Source: Octopus vulgaris
Taxonomy: Eukaryota
Length of the DNA: 64,000 nt
Assembly (NCBI GenBank): GCA_951406725.2
Contig: OX597820.1
Location: 75,516,001 to 75,580,000 of the forward strand
Direction: 5' to 3'
Every line of letters begins with the position of its first letter. The stretch's first letter is position 1. The translations under genes and the position numbers were made by a program. The notes under the pieces were generated by a model. It saw nothing but the letters and a program-made list of their open reading frames with translations, did no database searches and was not told where the DNA came from. Of this stretch, positions 1 through 12,690 are shown one piece after another.

Positions 1-570
1 TTTTGTGTATCGAGACGATGATGTCATAGTTTCCTAGAAAAACCAACAGTCATCATGCAAAGTAGCTATAGTCAGTCTCATCGAATTATTCATTGACCTA
101 GAGTTAAAAATAATAGCAGGCGCCAACTTTTGCAAAGCAATTGTATTAAACTTTACATCTAGAATGCAAATGACATAATGCATTGACAAATGTATTATGT
201 CACATACACACATTCACATATATACATATATACATACATACATACATACAAACATACAGGCAGACAGACATACATACAAATGTACTCACACACAAACAGA
301 GCTATCATTCACCAGAGATCTTCTCAGCAGTGACAGGAATGGTACTCAAACATTCCTAATTAACAAAATAATTCTTATTTAAAACGAATTCAAAAACAAA
401 ACTCATAAAATAATTGCCACATCAACAATGGAGAAAAGCGCGCTGGAACTTTGATATAAACTTGTGTTTTTCCTAGTTTTTCGCATATACATATATATTG
501 AATTATATCTCTGTCCAGTTAACTTGGAATTCCTCAACGGCAAAGTAACCTTCGTTTAACTAAGGTATCT

Positions 571-655
571 TCGGCCTGATGATTAGCTAGTGGAGCACCG
601 TTCGTTTAATAATTATTACTTCCGATATTCTATCAGCTACGAAACATATGAATCC
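571..655 (+). ncRNA. Degenerate type I hammerhead-like motif with long stem II
   Basis: CTGATGA (576-582), stem II TAGCT...AGCTA, GAAAC (641-645), palindrome CATATG. The cleavage triplet and stem I are decayed. Confidence 0.45.
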
Positions 656-932
656 TGGATTTTACCTGCTCCATTCCCTCAATTTCGATTTTTATTTGCG
701 TTCCTAGCCACCCTAATTCCTAACCGTGAACTATAATAAATACTATTTCCAGCTTATGTAACATCGATATGCAGAAATCCTACAACATTCTACGCCAATA
801 AACTATTATTGTTCCTGAAAGTGGTTTTATTCTATACTTACCACGGACTTCTCGAAGCTTGTAAAGTTGCTACACCTAGATACTTAGATCTTAAAAGTTA
901 AATATAATTGTGTGTGCATATATGTATATATA

Positions 933-1042
933 TTTCTCCCTGAAGAAATACCCAACTGACTGGCTTCAAATATTGGAATTTTAATTCAGGTATATTATTT
1001 CTGTAATTGAACTGATTGGGTGTGGAAACAGCTGCAGGCAGG
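933..1042 (+). ncRNA. Degenerate type I hammerhead-like motif with long stem II
   Basis: CTGAAGA (940-946), ATACCCAA/TTGGGTGT stem II, GAAAC (1025-1029) followed by the CAGCTG palindrome. The triplet reads GCA instead of GTA. Confidence 0.5.
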
Positions 1043-1236
1043 AATTTCTCTCCACGACTTATCTTTGAATAAATAACTTCTGTACGTCAAATTTTCTTCT
1101 ATTTCTCATTCATAAAGTTTTTAAATACCTATATACTTCAATGATAAACTAATACATTTAGTTTTCACTGAACAATGGTATAATTCGGTGAACTAGGGTA
1201 CTTGAATCTCTTTAGCGACCATAGTTCCTTGTCAGA

Positions 1237-1239
1237 ATA

Positions 1240-1295
<56 letters not shown>

Positions 1296-1313
1296 CGGGT
1301 CTTGGGTTAAGCG

Positions 1314-1385
<72 letters not shown>

Positions 1386-1452
1386 GCATACATACATGTA
1401 CATACATATATATATACTCACATATATATTTACACACATATACACATATACA
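1237..1452. repeat. (TA)n microsatellite complex with short unique inserts
   Basis: Long TA runs read directly. These are the source of the YIYI ORFs. Confidence 0.95.
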
Positions 1453-1482
1453 AAATTTGATACTGATTAGAAGATCGAAAAT

Positions 1483-1526
1483 CCACCTGAAGATTGTCGG
1501 TAGCAGACATGAAACAATTGTTGTGG
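1483..1526 (+). ncRNA. Minimal type I hammerhead ribozyme, apparently intact
   Basis: CCAC-CTGAAGA-t-TGTC(ggtagca)GACA-t-GAAAC-AATT-GTT-GTGG. Stem I CCAC/GTGG is perfect, stem II has 4 bp, stem III has a palindromic loop, and the triplet is GUU. Confidence 0.75.
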
Positions 1527-1698
1527 CGGTTTATTTAATTTATATTAAAATTTTATGTATTGATTAAGTCTTTTCTTGTTTGGTTTTAAAATAGTGGTTT
1601 TGTCTCGAATTATATTATATAATATTTTACTATAAAATTTGATTTAACCCTAAATCTGATTTTTCCCTGTAATTTTGGATTCATTCCCTAATATTTAT

Positions 1699-2435
<737 letters not shown>

Positions 2436-3192
2436 TACATACATGTACATACATATATATATACTCACATATATATTTACACACATATACACATATACAT
2501 TGGGGAGATTTTCACAAAATAAATTAAATTATATCAGTCCTTCCACCAGTTTAACGATTTAACATTTCTGAATGCACTTGACCAGCGCCTCTTTGAGATT
2601 CCCTTAGTGATTCAGTCGGTGATGGCGGAACATAGCGGAAATGTAATATGGTCAATATAAGGCCCCTCTCATGAGAAACGGGTTGCGGAAATGTGACATT
2701 TAAAGTGATGTTGAATAGAATGTAACAGCGTGCACTAACCTCAAATCACAAATATCAACGCATTTCGAACAGGGTTTATCTGCCAAGCCCCAATATTTGA
2801 ATCAAATAACAAAGACAAGCAAACAAAATCCATTATTGTAGCCGTCAGTGATTGTCATATGATCCTCAGCCAGAAATAGTCGGTGCCTTATTTTAATTTC
2901 TCTGCTGTTGATTGCAATTCATGGAAATGTCTGAATATATCTAGATTAAATATACTGCTGTCAACAGCATACACTAAATAAATAATACACACACACGTGC
3001 GCGCGCGCACTCAAACACACGGATATTAAAGATGTATATATATCTAAATATATTATTCTTTAAACATTGATTCGGCTCTATATCACATAAAGATTTGTAG
3101 GCTTCTTACATAAAGCTAGCTCGTCGGACTAGCCGTACATATATATATATATATATATATGCATGTGTGTGTGTTTGTGTGCGTATGTATCC

Positions 3193-3293
<101 letters not shown>

Positions 3294-3302
3294 AATAGCT
3301 AC

Positions 3303-3707
3303 AGGAGTGTCTGTGTGGTAAGTAGCTTGCTTACGAACCACATGGTTCTGGGTTCGGTCCCACTGCGTGGCAAATTGGGCAAGTGTCTTCTGCTATAGCC
3401 TCGGGCTGACCAAAGCCTTTGTGAGAGGATCTGGTTGAGGGAAACTGAAAGAAGCCCACCGTATATGTATGTTGTGTGTGTGTGTATGTTTATATGTTTG
3501 TGTGTCTGTGTTTGTCCCCCTAACGTCGCTTGACAACCGATGCTGGTGTGTTTATGTTCCCGTGTTCTAACGGTTCGGCAAAAGGGAACCGACAGAATAA
3601 GTACTAGGCTTACAAAGAATATTCCTGGGGTCGATTTGCTCGACTAAAGACGGTACTGCAGCATGGCCACAGTCAAGTGACTGAAACAAGTAAAAGAATA
3701 AAAGAAT
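3303..3707 (+). mobile_element. tRNA-derived SINE family A, full length
   Basis: Head with A/B-box-like TGTGTGGTAAG...GGTTCGGTCCC, a CORE-like TTGGGCAAGTG segment, an internal TA/TG microsatellite and a 3' CAGTC-GACTG hairpin plus AAAAGAAT tail. More than 15 related copies occur in the window. Confidence 0.85.
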
Positions 3708-4076
3708 ATATGTATGTATGACAGTTTCCTGAAATGCAATGCACTGGGACTGATCACAGAACCATGTGGTTGGAAAGCAAGCTTCTTACTACACAGCCAT
3801 GTCTATGTCTGTACACGCACACTCACAGACACACACACACACACGCCCATATAGATTTTATATGCTGGGACAGATAATCACGTACACACAGAGCAGAGAT
3901 AAAGTGTTAATCACCACAGTTTCCGGTGTCATGGTTTTGTTTTCGATTACCACGCTATACTGATATTACATTTTGCTCTAGCACATAGGTATATTGAGTT
4001 TCTTCATCAAGTTATTAGTCTCGTTATACATAAGCAAAATATTTATGTATCGCCCCTTCTAAGCGAACGGTTATTC

Positions 4077-4117
4077 TGTGCTGATGAAGAGAAATGACCC
4101 AGAAATCGTGATACACA
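4077..4117 (+). ncRNA. Minimal hammerhead-like motif
   Basis: TGTG-CTGATGA-...-GAAA-TCGTGA-TA-CACA. Stems I and III pair, and stem II is decayed. Confidence 0.55.
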
Positions 4118-4385
4118 AATATTATTTTGTTCTGAGTGGTGATGCTAAACTTCCTTGTTCGAAAATATAAGAACTTATATAGTGTGGCGTATAAGCAGCT
4201 GGAAACGATGTTTCCTACGGCTAAATAACAGTAACATTCGTCCTAAACCAGGGCTGCCACGTTATGTTGGCAAATAATCATCATTCTAGAGTACTGTTAC
4301 TGAATGTCTCTCTTTTAGTGATTTAAAAAGGAATTTTCTATTTTACACAAACGCGCACACACACGCACACATATATAGTGTCAAG

Positions 4386-4442
<57 letters not shown>

Positions 4443-4538
4443 CAAAATAATTGAGATTCAGATTAATTAGGTACTTAAGGTGAGGCCCCAAAAATTAGTG
4501 CGGTAATATCCGTACAATTTTAAAGTAAGGCGAATAAA

Positions 4539-4578
4539 ATCAAAATAAACAACAGGATATCCTGTTGTTTATTTTGAT
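4539..4578. repeat. Perfect 40-bp palindrome
   Basis: ATCAAAATAAACAACAGGATATCCTGTTGTTTATTTTGAT. Confidence 0.95.
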
Positions 4579-4596
4579 ATATATATAGATATATAT

Positions 4597-4745
4597 TGTC
4601 AATTCAAGGAAACGAATAAGATTAAGAGACAGACAACAAAACGACGTGCACAAGGAATGTATTAGATTGACGCTTGGTAAAAAGAGAGAAATTTTGACGT
4701 TTCGAGTATAGCTCTTCTTTGGAAAGGAGAAAGGGAAAAGAGATT
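4597..4745 (-). mobile_element. Short TA-adjacent element with decayed hammerhead-like motif (4692-4726)
   Basis: Minus strand reads TTT-CCAAAGA-AGAGC-TAT-ACTC-GAAAC-GTC-AAA, the same layout as the elements at 14204, 35557 and 59973. Confidence 0.55.
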
Positions 4746-5188
4746 GCCAACAGTACATAGACTTATTCTCTTGGACATAGAACATTTGGTTTGGGTGTTG
4801 AAAATACATGTAAAGCAAATTGTGTTATTTTCCGTTCGATTGAAAAAAAATGTTTTTCATACATCATAATGCATCGAATATATTGGTCTTGTTTCCCAAA
4901 GGAAAGCAAAAAAAAAAAAAGCTAAAAATTTGAATGGAAACTGAAGGCACGTGAGAAAATACTTTAGCGATAAAACATGCAGGAACAAAATCAAATGTTC
5001 AATAGATTTCAAGGCAAAATTATATAGTGAAAATTCAAAAATTCGATATGCTTCTCAGCTCAAGGAAATGATGAAAGTTCAAATGTTCTCTAAATTCAAT
5101 AATGTACATAAACCATATACTTACGTATGAGTGTGTATGTGTGTGTGGGCGCGTGTGTGTGTGGTGGGGTGAACTTGAATATATATTA

Positions 5189-5490
5189 CGAGGTGCGTTC
5201 AAAGGGTATCCGAATTTTTCCCGCCAAAACTACCCTTCTCATGCCTGCGTGTAAACTTTAGTGCTGGTAGGCCGAGTGGGTTTCGTGTGTTATACCTAGC
5301 GTAAAGACGTGTAGTACGCGCTAGTTATACTTTCGTTATCAGGCAATAAGGAAACGAGTCAAACAGAGGTCATAAACCCATGTCTCATCCCTTTTCACAG
5401 TCCCGCATGTCCTGAGCTATTTTCATGCTGCTTCACCTTGCACCTGGGGACGAATTCCGCCAACTCTCCACATGCACAAGATAATGTGCC
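5189..5490. mobile_element. Mariner-like transposon fragment
   Basis: TA+CGAGGTGCGTTCAAA..GTATCCG TIR-like start. The minus strand near 5445-5475 encodes an AEFVPR remnant of the mariner AKFVPR/WVPHEL motif. Confidence 0.5.
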
Positions 5491-5494
5491 CTTT

Positions 5495-5762
5495 TCATGG
5501 GCCCGGTTTCCCAGTTTCTGTGTTCATCCCAGCTGGATGGGACGCCAGTCCATCGCAGTGTTAATCAAGAAAGAGGAAGAAAGATTGAGAGAAAGTTGGA
5601 GCGAAAGAGTACAACAGGGGTCACCACCAGCCCCTGCCGGAGCCTCGTGGAGCTTTAGGTGCTTTTGCTCAATAAACACACACAACGCCTGGTCTGGGAA
5701 TCGAAACCGCGATCCCCCGACCGCGCGTCCATTGCCTCAACCTCTGGGCCATTGTGCCTCCT
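5495..5762 (-). mobile_element. tRNA-derived SINE family D
   Basis: Reverse complement of the GGAGGCGCAATGGCC..GTGGTTAGGGCAGCGGACTCGCGGTC..GGTTTCGATTCCC head also seen at 39378 and 58428. Confidence 0.85.
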
Positions 5763-6332
5763 ATATATATATATATATATATATCACGTGTTCACGTGAC
5801 CGACCAGACCATCAGATGTTGTTATACATCGCTGGTCACAATGTATTAGAAAATTATAATATTTTGTGGATTGTAGCTATATAACAACTAAATCTTAAAC
5901 GGGCCCCTGAGGTTTATGCGGATACCATTTAATAATCACTGCCCTACATCAGTGTTTTTTGGGTTTTTTTTAATATATCGCTTTTAGATTTCTTTTGGTT
6001 GGCTCACCAACATATGTTTATATTCCACCTTACATTCTTGAGGTTAGTCAAGCAATGTTTGGCATTTTCTGCCAAAACTCATATCCAGGAAAGTTGTTGA
6101 AAAATAACATGATGTCACGTAATTTAAAGGATGTTTGTGTCAAATGTTTTTCACGTGCGTCAAATAAAGAAATTTGAATTTCCGACATTTATCGATAAGC
6201 GTAGATATAAGTGTGTGTAGGCAACGGAAGTTCGCTTTGCGGTCACGTGATTATTTGTTCAGACTCACTGCCTGGCATCTTGCACAATTCTCTTCTACTG
6301 TAGCCTAAGGCCAATGGAAACTGAATCTAGTC

Positions 6333-6381
<49 letters not shown>

Positions 6382-6400
6382 GTTTTATCATTAAAAGTGC

Positions 6401-6443
<43 letters not shown>

Positions 6444-6932
6444 AAACATAGCATAATTATCACAAAAATATGTTCCTCGGACATATTTGATTCGCATCCG
6501 CAATCTAAACATGTCCGACGACAAGAACGTGAAAGTCTGAGTAGCAGGTTTTTGTTTTGTTATGTTTTTGCAGGTTTAATAATAAAGTATATTAAACTAC
6601 CTCCAGTATTCGTGTACTATTTTTTCACCATCGTGCTTTTCATTTATGTGCTTACTCTGGTATGTATATAAACTGTGTCTTAGTGAGTGTCTATGCTTAT
6701 CCTCCATCATGGCTTGACAACGGGTGTTTGTTTACGTTCTCCTGACGTAGCAGTTCATCGAACGAGACGGTCAAAATGAATACCAGATTTCAAAAAAATT
6801 AAGTTCTGGTATCGATTTGTGCGACTAAACTCATCAATGTGCATTGATTGAAACAACAAAAATAGATATCTTATGAAAGGTTTCATATATCGTCTTATAT
6901 ATAAACGAAACATTATATTACCAAATATTATT

Positions 6933-7388
6933 TTCTACTCTAGGCACAGGGCCCGAAATTTTGGGTGCGGAGGCAAGTCGATTTGATCGAGCCCAGTACA
7001 CAACTGTTACATAATTTATCGACCCTGACAAACAAGGACAGACAGACATATTAAGTCGATTACATTGACCTCAGTGCGTAACTGGTACTTAATTTATCGA
7101 CCCTGAAAGGGTGAAAGGCAAAATCGACATCAAAAGAATTTGAACTCAGAACGTAACGGCAGACGAAATAACTATTTCTTTACTACCCACAAGGGGCTAA
7201 ACACAGAAAGGACAAACAAGGACAGACAAACGGATTAAGTCGATTATATCAACCCTAGTGCATAATGGACCCCGAAAGGATGAAAGGCAAAGTCGACTTG
7301 GACGGAATTTGAACTCAGAACGTAACGGCAGACGAAATACTGCTAAGCATTTCGCCGGCGTGCTAACGTTTCTGCCAGCTTGCTGCCT
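6933..7388 (-). mobile_element. SINE family B with internal tandem body repeats
   Basis: Reverse complement of GGCGGCGAGCTGGCAGAAACGTTAGCACGCC...GAGTTCAAATTCCGCCGAGGTCGACTTTGCCTTTCATCC. Many copies occur in the window. Confidence 0.85.
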
Positions 7389-7550
7389 TAAGACAAATAA
7401 ATACTGAAAGATTTACAATGGGGACTAGAACGTGACACAGTTGGCTTCATATCCTAAGCTAGACCTATCATCAAGAGAGTTCTTGCTATGACTAACTTGT
7501 CATTTTTAGACAAAGACTAATGATGGACTGCATTGTCAAAAACGTGGGTA

Positions 7551-7768
7551 CAGCAATCCTTCGCCATATCGCGGTTCACCTATCGCGGTTCACCTATCGC
7601 GGTTAATTATTTAAGCTTACGTCGATTCCTCCGTCGTGTTGTTTTGCATTTATAATAAAATTTATATATATGCAAATTTTAAAAAAATCTATTGTTTCTT
7701 CTTCGCGAATTTTCAGCTATTGCGAAGGTTTTTGGAACGTAACACTCGTGATAGTCGAAGGAGTACTG
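7551..7768. mobile_element. pogo/Tigger-like MITE, copy 1
   Basis: TA|CAGCAATCCTTCG...CGAAGGAGTACTG|TA terminal inverted repeats with TA duplication. Related copies at 32352 and 58725. Confidence 0.8.
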
Positions 7769-8716
7769 TATTTGCATTTCTTTTAGAGAGAAGAGACTGG
7801 ACCCATTGTGTAAGGTGATGCATTCACAATAGCATGATATTGGTTTCGATTCCAAGAAAAAGCAGAGCGTGGTGTTCATGCGCAAAAAACAATTAATTCT
7901 ACATTGCTCTAATCCATTCAATTGTAAACGAGTAATTCTGCGGTGGTCTGGCGTCCTGTCCAGGGAGTGGGGGATGTTTTCATTTCGGTCTTTTATATGC
8001 CTTGAAAACCCGATCAACGACCTAATGAGTCTTAGTACTTGAGACAGTAATGATGCTGATGATGATGACGACACGATGACGATTATGACGGCTAAGATGA
8101 CATCGATGATGATGATGAATTTTAGAGTAATTCGCTGCCACGTCTAACAACCAAAAGGTTATTTGGTCGCTTACATCCTTCCATTTCCGAAAAGAAAGTG
8201 ACATCGAAGTTATTTTGTCTCAAAGGCCTCAAAACCCTTCGATTCAACCTTGCATTTGTTCCTTCTTGTTTTATTCACGTCTGATAAAAACTCAAATATT
8301 ATCGTCTCTCGTCTCCCCCCGCCTCACTACCACCACCACCTAGCAGCAAATAGATGCGATGAAATATTTATATATTTGTGTTATCTTCGCCTGTTGAATG
8401 TTTACATGATTTTGATGTCACAAGCTTCTGTATGTTTCAAAGTAACGAGTTTGTTTCTACTGCATCACTTTTCCGTAAAAACAGATGTTAATTGCATCTG
8501 ATGATTCTGAATTTACCACTGAAAATCTTTCGTCGTATATTTCCACCTTGTTCCTCTATGAGATGTATTAACGCTAATTCTGTCTAATGAAACGTCCCGC
8601 AATAATTTTTCTTTTTTTTTGCTGTGAAACTCCTTTTAATCATATTTTACTCATATGGGACCGCCTAGTAATTCAATGTTTTTAAAAAATCGTATATCTT
8701 TATAATTATTGATATA

Positions 8717-8900
8717 CAGGCGCAAAAGTGGCTGTGTGGTAAGTTGCTTGCTTACCAACCACATGGTTCCGGATTTAGTCACACTGCGTGGCACCTTAGG
8801 CAAGTGTCTTTTACTATAGCCTCGAGCCGACCAAAGCCATGTGAGTGGATTTGGTAGACGGAAACTGAAAGAAGCCCGTCGTAGATTGATAGATAGATAA

Positions 8901-8973
<73 letters not shown>

Positions 8974-9126
8974 AGTGGCTGTGTAGTAAGTAACTTGCTT
9001 ACCAACCACACGGTTCCGGGTTCAGTCCCACTGCGTTGCACCTTGGGCAAATGCCTTCTACTATAGCCTCGGGCCGACAAAATCCTTGTGAGTGGATTTG
9101 GTTGATGGAAGCTGAAAGCCCGTCGT
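8717..9126 (+). mobile_element. Two tandem SINE A 5' halves separated by (GATA)n
   Basis: The family A head occurs at about 8717 and again at about 8973. Confidence 0.85.
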
Positions 9127-9317
9127 ATATATGTATATAGGGATATTTTCTTTTATTCTTTCTCTTATTCTTTGTAAGCCTAGTACTTGTTATATCGCTC
9201 TCTTTCGCTGAATCGCTAAGTTACAGGGACGTAAAAACACCAAGATCGGTTGTCGAGCGATGGTGGGATCAAACACAGACACACAAATGCATACATATAT
9301 ACATTCATGTACAATAT

Positions 9318-9452
9318 TTACAGTTGACGGATATTTGTCCTCATCTTCTTTTTGTTAACACAATGTTTCGGCTGATGTAACCTCCAGCCTTCATCAGCTG
9401 TCTTGGGGAAATTTTGAACCTGGGTTCCCATTTCTAACGTATTTTTGAGGTT
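9318..9452 (-). mobile_element. Hammerhead-containing repeat family H, copy 1
   Basis: Minus strand reads CTGATGA-A-GGCTG..CAGCC-GAAAC (9397-9365). A near-identical block lies at 36165-36300 and an internally deleted copy at 56141. Confidence 0.75.
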
Positions 9453-9495
9453 ATTATCATTGTTATTATTAGTGTTGTTGTTGTTGTTGTTGCCG

Positions 9496-9545
<50 letters not shown>

Positions 9546-10696
9546 CTTGTTCTTGTTATTATTATTCGTTTTTAGGGGTGTTGCCAAATGCAACCTGGCA
9601 ATAGTTCCCTTTTCAAGCTGCACCGCAATTGTTCCAAATCTTTTGCCTCTGGCAAGGTACGAAATCCCTTGCCAGACTGGTCTCAACATAGATTATTTCT
9701 TCCCAATCCTTGTCTATCCTTTCCAGGCACTCCACCATCTCCTGCTCCGATGATATATATTCCGGGAAAGGGGCAGCCTTCATGCTCGAAACAGAGCAAC
9801 TCAAAACTTCACAAGTTCTTCGACGTTTCTTCATCACAAGAGGAACAACGTCGCACAACCAAAGAAAACAACACGCACAGCCCAAAAGACACATACGTCT
9901 CGTACAAAATCAAGAAACCAAATGAATCCTGGATAACCGGAAGCAAGCTTCTTACCACACCTGCTTAAATATTGTTAAAATTGCTTGTGTATTATTCATG
10001 TATAATCAATTTATATCAGATAAATTTTAGCAACAAAATCTGATAATCTGCTGATCCATGTTGAAAACCACTGGTCAAGCAGATGGCGCCTCTGCGCTGT
10101 TCATTATCTAAACAATTTTAACTTTTTGCACCTAACTCTGTACAGTTATGTATTATTCCACAGAATCATCAGAACATAAGAAAATAAAATGGAGTTTTCT
10201 ACTTCGTCAACACAATAATGTCAGAAATAATCAGAGTTGTCTCCCGTCGCAGCTGAGATAATCAAAACAATAACGTTACTGATTAACCTATTGCCTGCCA
10301 TGAGCCCCGTTTTGGGATCTGCTAAAAGCGGTTTCATTACCGGTTGTTCGTTGTATTTAAAGTGATCAATGTACATTGCATTTGAAGAGGGGTGTTTAAC
10401 AATATTTAGTAGTTTGTCGTTATTAGCTCTCAACTACAAAATTATTGACTGCTTTGAAAACGTTTTTTTCTCTTTTTTGTATTTCCCATCTATATCATTC
10501 ATTGATATTTCATACACATTAGCATTTGAGACTATAGTTTCCAAAAAATAAAAAAAAAACCTGAAATGTTTATTATTGCAATTGAATAGAAAAGGAGAGA
10601 TATGCTCTTTTTCAGCGATCCCAATTTGAGACTTTTAGAAAAATTTATCATAATTTCCAAAATAATTTACACATGATGAACATTTAAATACTGTAT

Positions 10697-11077
10697 TGTG
10701 GCACTCCGTCGGTTACGATGACGAAGGTTCCAGTTGATCTGATCAACGGAACAACCTGCTCGAGAAATTAACGTGCAAGTGGCTGAGCACACCACAGACA
10801 CGTGTACCATTAACGTAGTTCTAAGGAAAATTCTGCGTGACACAGAGCATGCCAAGGCTGGTCCTTTGAAATACAGGTACAACAGAAACAGAAAGACAGA
10901 GTGAGAGAAAATTGTGGTGAAAGAGTACAGCAGGGGTCGCCACCCCCTTACCGGATTCTCGTGGAGCTTTAGGTGTTTTCGTTCAATAGAAACTCACAAC
11001 ACCCGGTCTGGGAATCGAAGCCGAGAGCCTATGACCGCGAGTCCGCCGCCTTAACCACTGGGCCATTGCGCTTCCAC
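10697..11077 (-). mobile_element. SINE family D with alternative 3' tail
   Basis: The family D head and body (about 10890-11077) are joined to a different tail from the 39378 and 58428 copies. Confidence 0.8.
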
Positions 11078-11179
11078 TAGTACTATATATTATTTTATCC
11101 CCGAAGACACACGGCAAAGCCAAAAAATATGAATAAAATGACTGGGGAGTTAATGAGTTAATATTATTTCTTTTTTCCT

Positions 11180-11560
11180 AGACAGCGAGATGGCAGAATC
11201 GTCAGCACGCCGGGCGAAACACTTACAGTAGTTCAAATTTCGGCTAGGTCAACCTTGCATTCTTTTTCAGGGTCGATTCAACAAGTTAAGCACTGGGGTC
11301 TATGTAATTGTCTTTCACCTTCTCTGAAGTTGGCTGGCCTTGTACTGAAATTTGAAACCGATATTATTTCATTTTATAAGGCGGTAGGCTGGCAGAATCG
11401 TTAGCAATATGCTTAACGGCATTTCATCCATCTTTAAATTCTGAGTCGACGTTGCCTTTCATCCTTTCGGAGTCGATAAAATAAGTTCCAGCTGAGTACT
11501 GGGATCCATAACCTCGACATAGCCCTGATATTAATGACTATGTGTCAAAATTTTAATCCA
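11180..11560 (+). mobile_element. Two tandem degenerate SINE B copies
   Basis: TGGCAGAATCG..AGCA heads at about 11190 and 11390 with the GGGTCGAT body. Confidence 0.75.
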
Positions 11561-12487
11561 ATATTGTTTCGTTTTTATACTGTGTATAAGACGCTCTATT
11601 TTTTTTTTTTTTTATGCTTCCCCATAACAGTCCTACATGGGAAGTCTGAGCCTTCCATAAATTCTAAAGCACTAAAATCTTTTGTTTCGTTAGTAAACAC
11701 TTCTGTGTTTTCTATGTATTTCATACTGCCAAATACAGTAATTTTTTTCTCTTAATATTTCCTCCAATAATATGAACTGATTCGTAATAAAATGATGAGG
11801 GTGATATTGTTACTATCAGTAACAAAAAGCAGCTCGCTAGCAGTTCTAGAAGTTAACCTATAGATTTATTCTACACTTATTTACTTCATCAGTATAACAC
11901 TTTACCTCTCTTGATATTCCTTAGAGTATTAAACCGGCAATAAAAGCTTAAACTTAATGGCATATAACTTTACTGAAAATCGCTGTTTGCTTAAATAATA
12001 TTATTTTTTCTTCCCTTGATGTTTAGCTTGAAATTGCAATAACTATAATGATGGACGCTTGTAAAGAAATGATTACAATGCAAAATTGAAGCCAAAATTA
12101 GACACATTAAGCGACATCAACATACACTAAATAGATGTTGGTGAAAACGATAAGGAAAAACAAATGCTGAGAATAAACTGAATGGAAGTTAGATCTAATT
12201 TGAGAACATGTTATAACGAAGCTATTATAAAACGAATTAAAATTAACAATGAGCAAAATAGGGAAACTGCTATTGTAAACAAATTTCAGTTCTGATGTGG
12301 AATTGACTTTAATAGACATACATACGATCTTGTTCTCATCAACTTAAATCAGTCATCAGACTGAGGCCATGCTAGGGCATCAACTTGAAGAATTTTATTC
12401 TTCAGACAGACAGATAGATAGACAGAGAGATAAACTGATAGATAGACAGACAGATAGATATATGTATGTATGTCTATATAGATATTA

Positions 12488-12690
12488 CCTTTTACTTGCT
12501 ACAGGTATTTGACACTGAGAGGGTTGTTAGTCGAACAAATCGACCCCAGGAGTTATATATTTTTCTTTAAGCCTGATACTGGTACTTATTCTATCAATAT
12601 ATTTTCTCGAACTGCTAAGTTGTGACGACGTAAGCACACCAACACCGGTTGTCAAGCGGTGGTAGAGGAGAAGCGCAGGCACAAAACACA
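12488..12690 (-). mobile_element. SINE A 3' half
   Basis: Matches the family A body (TAGTCGAACAAATCGACCCCAGG...ACCGGTTGTCAAGCG). Confidence 0.75.
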
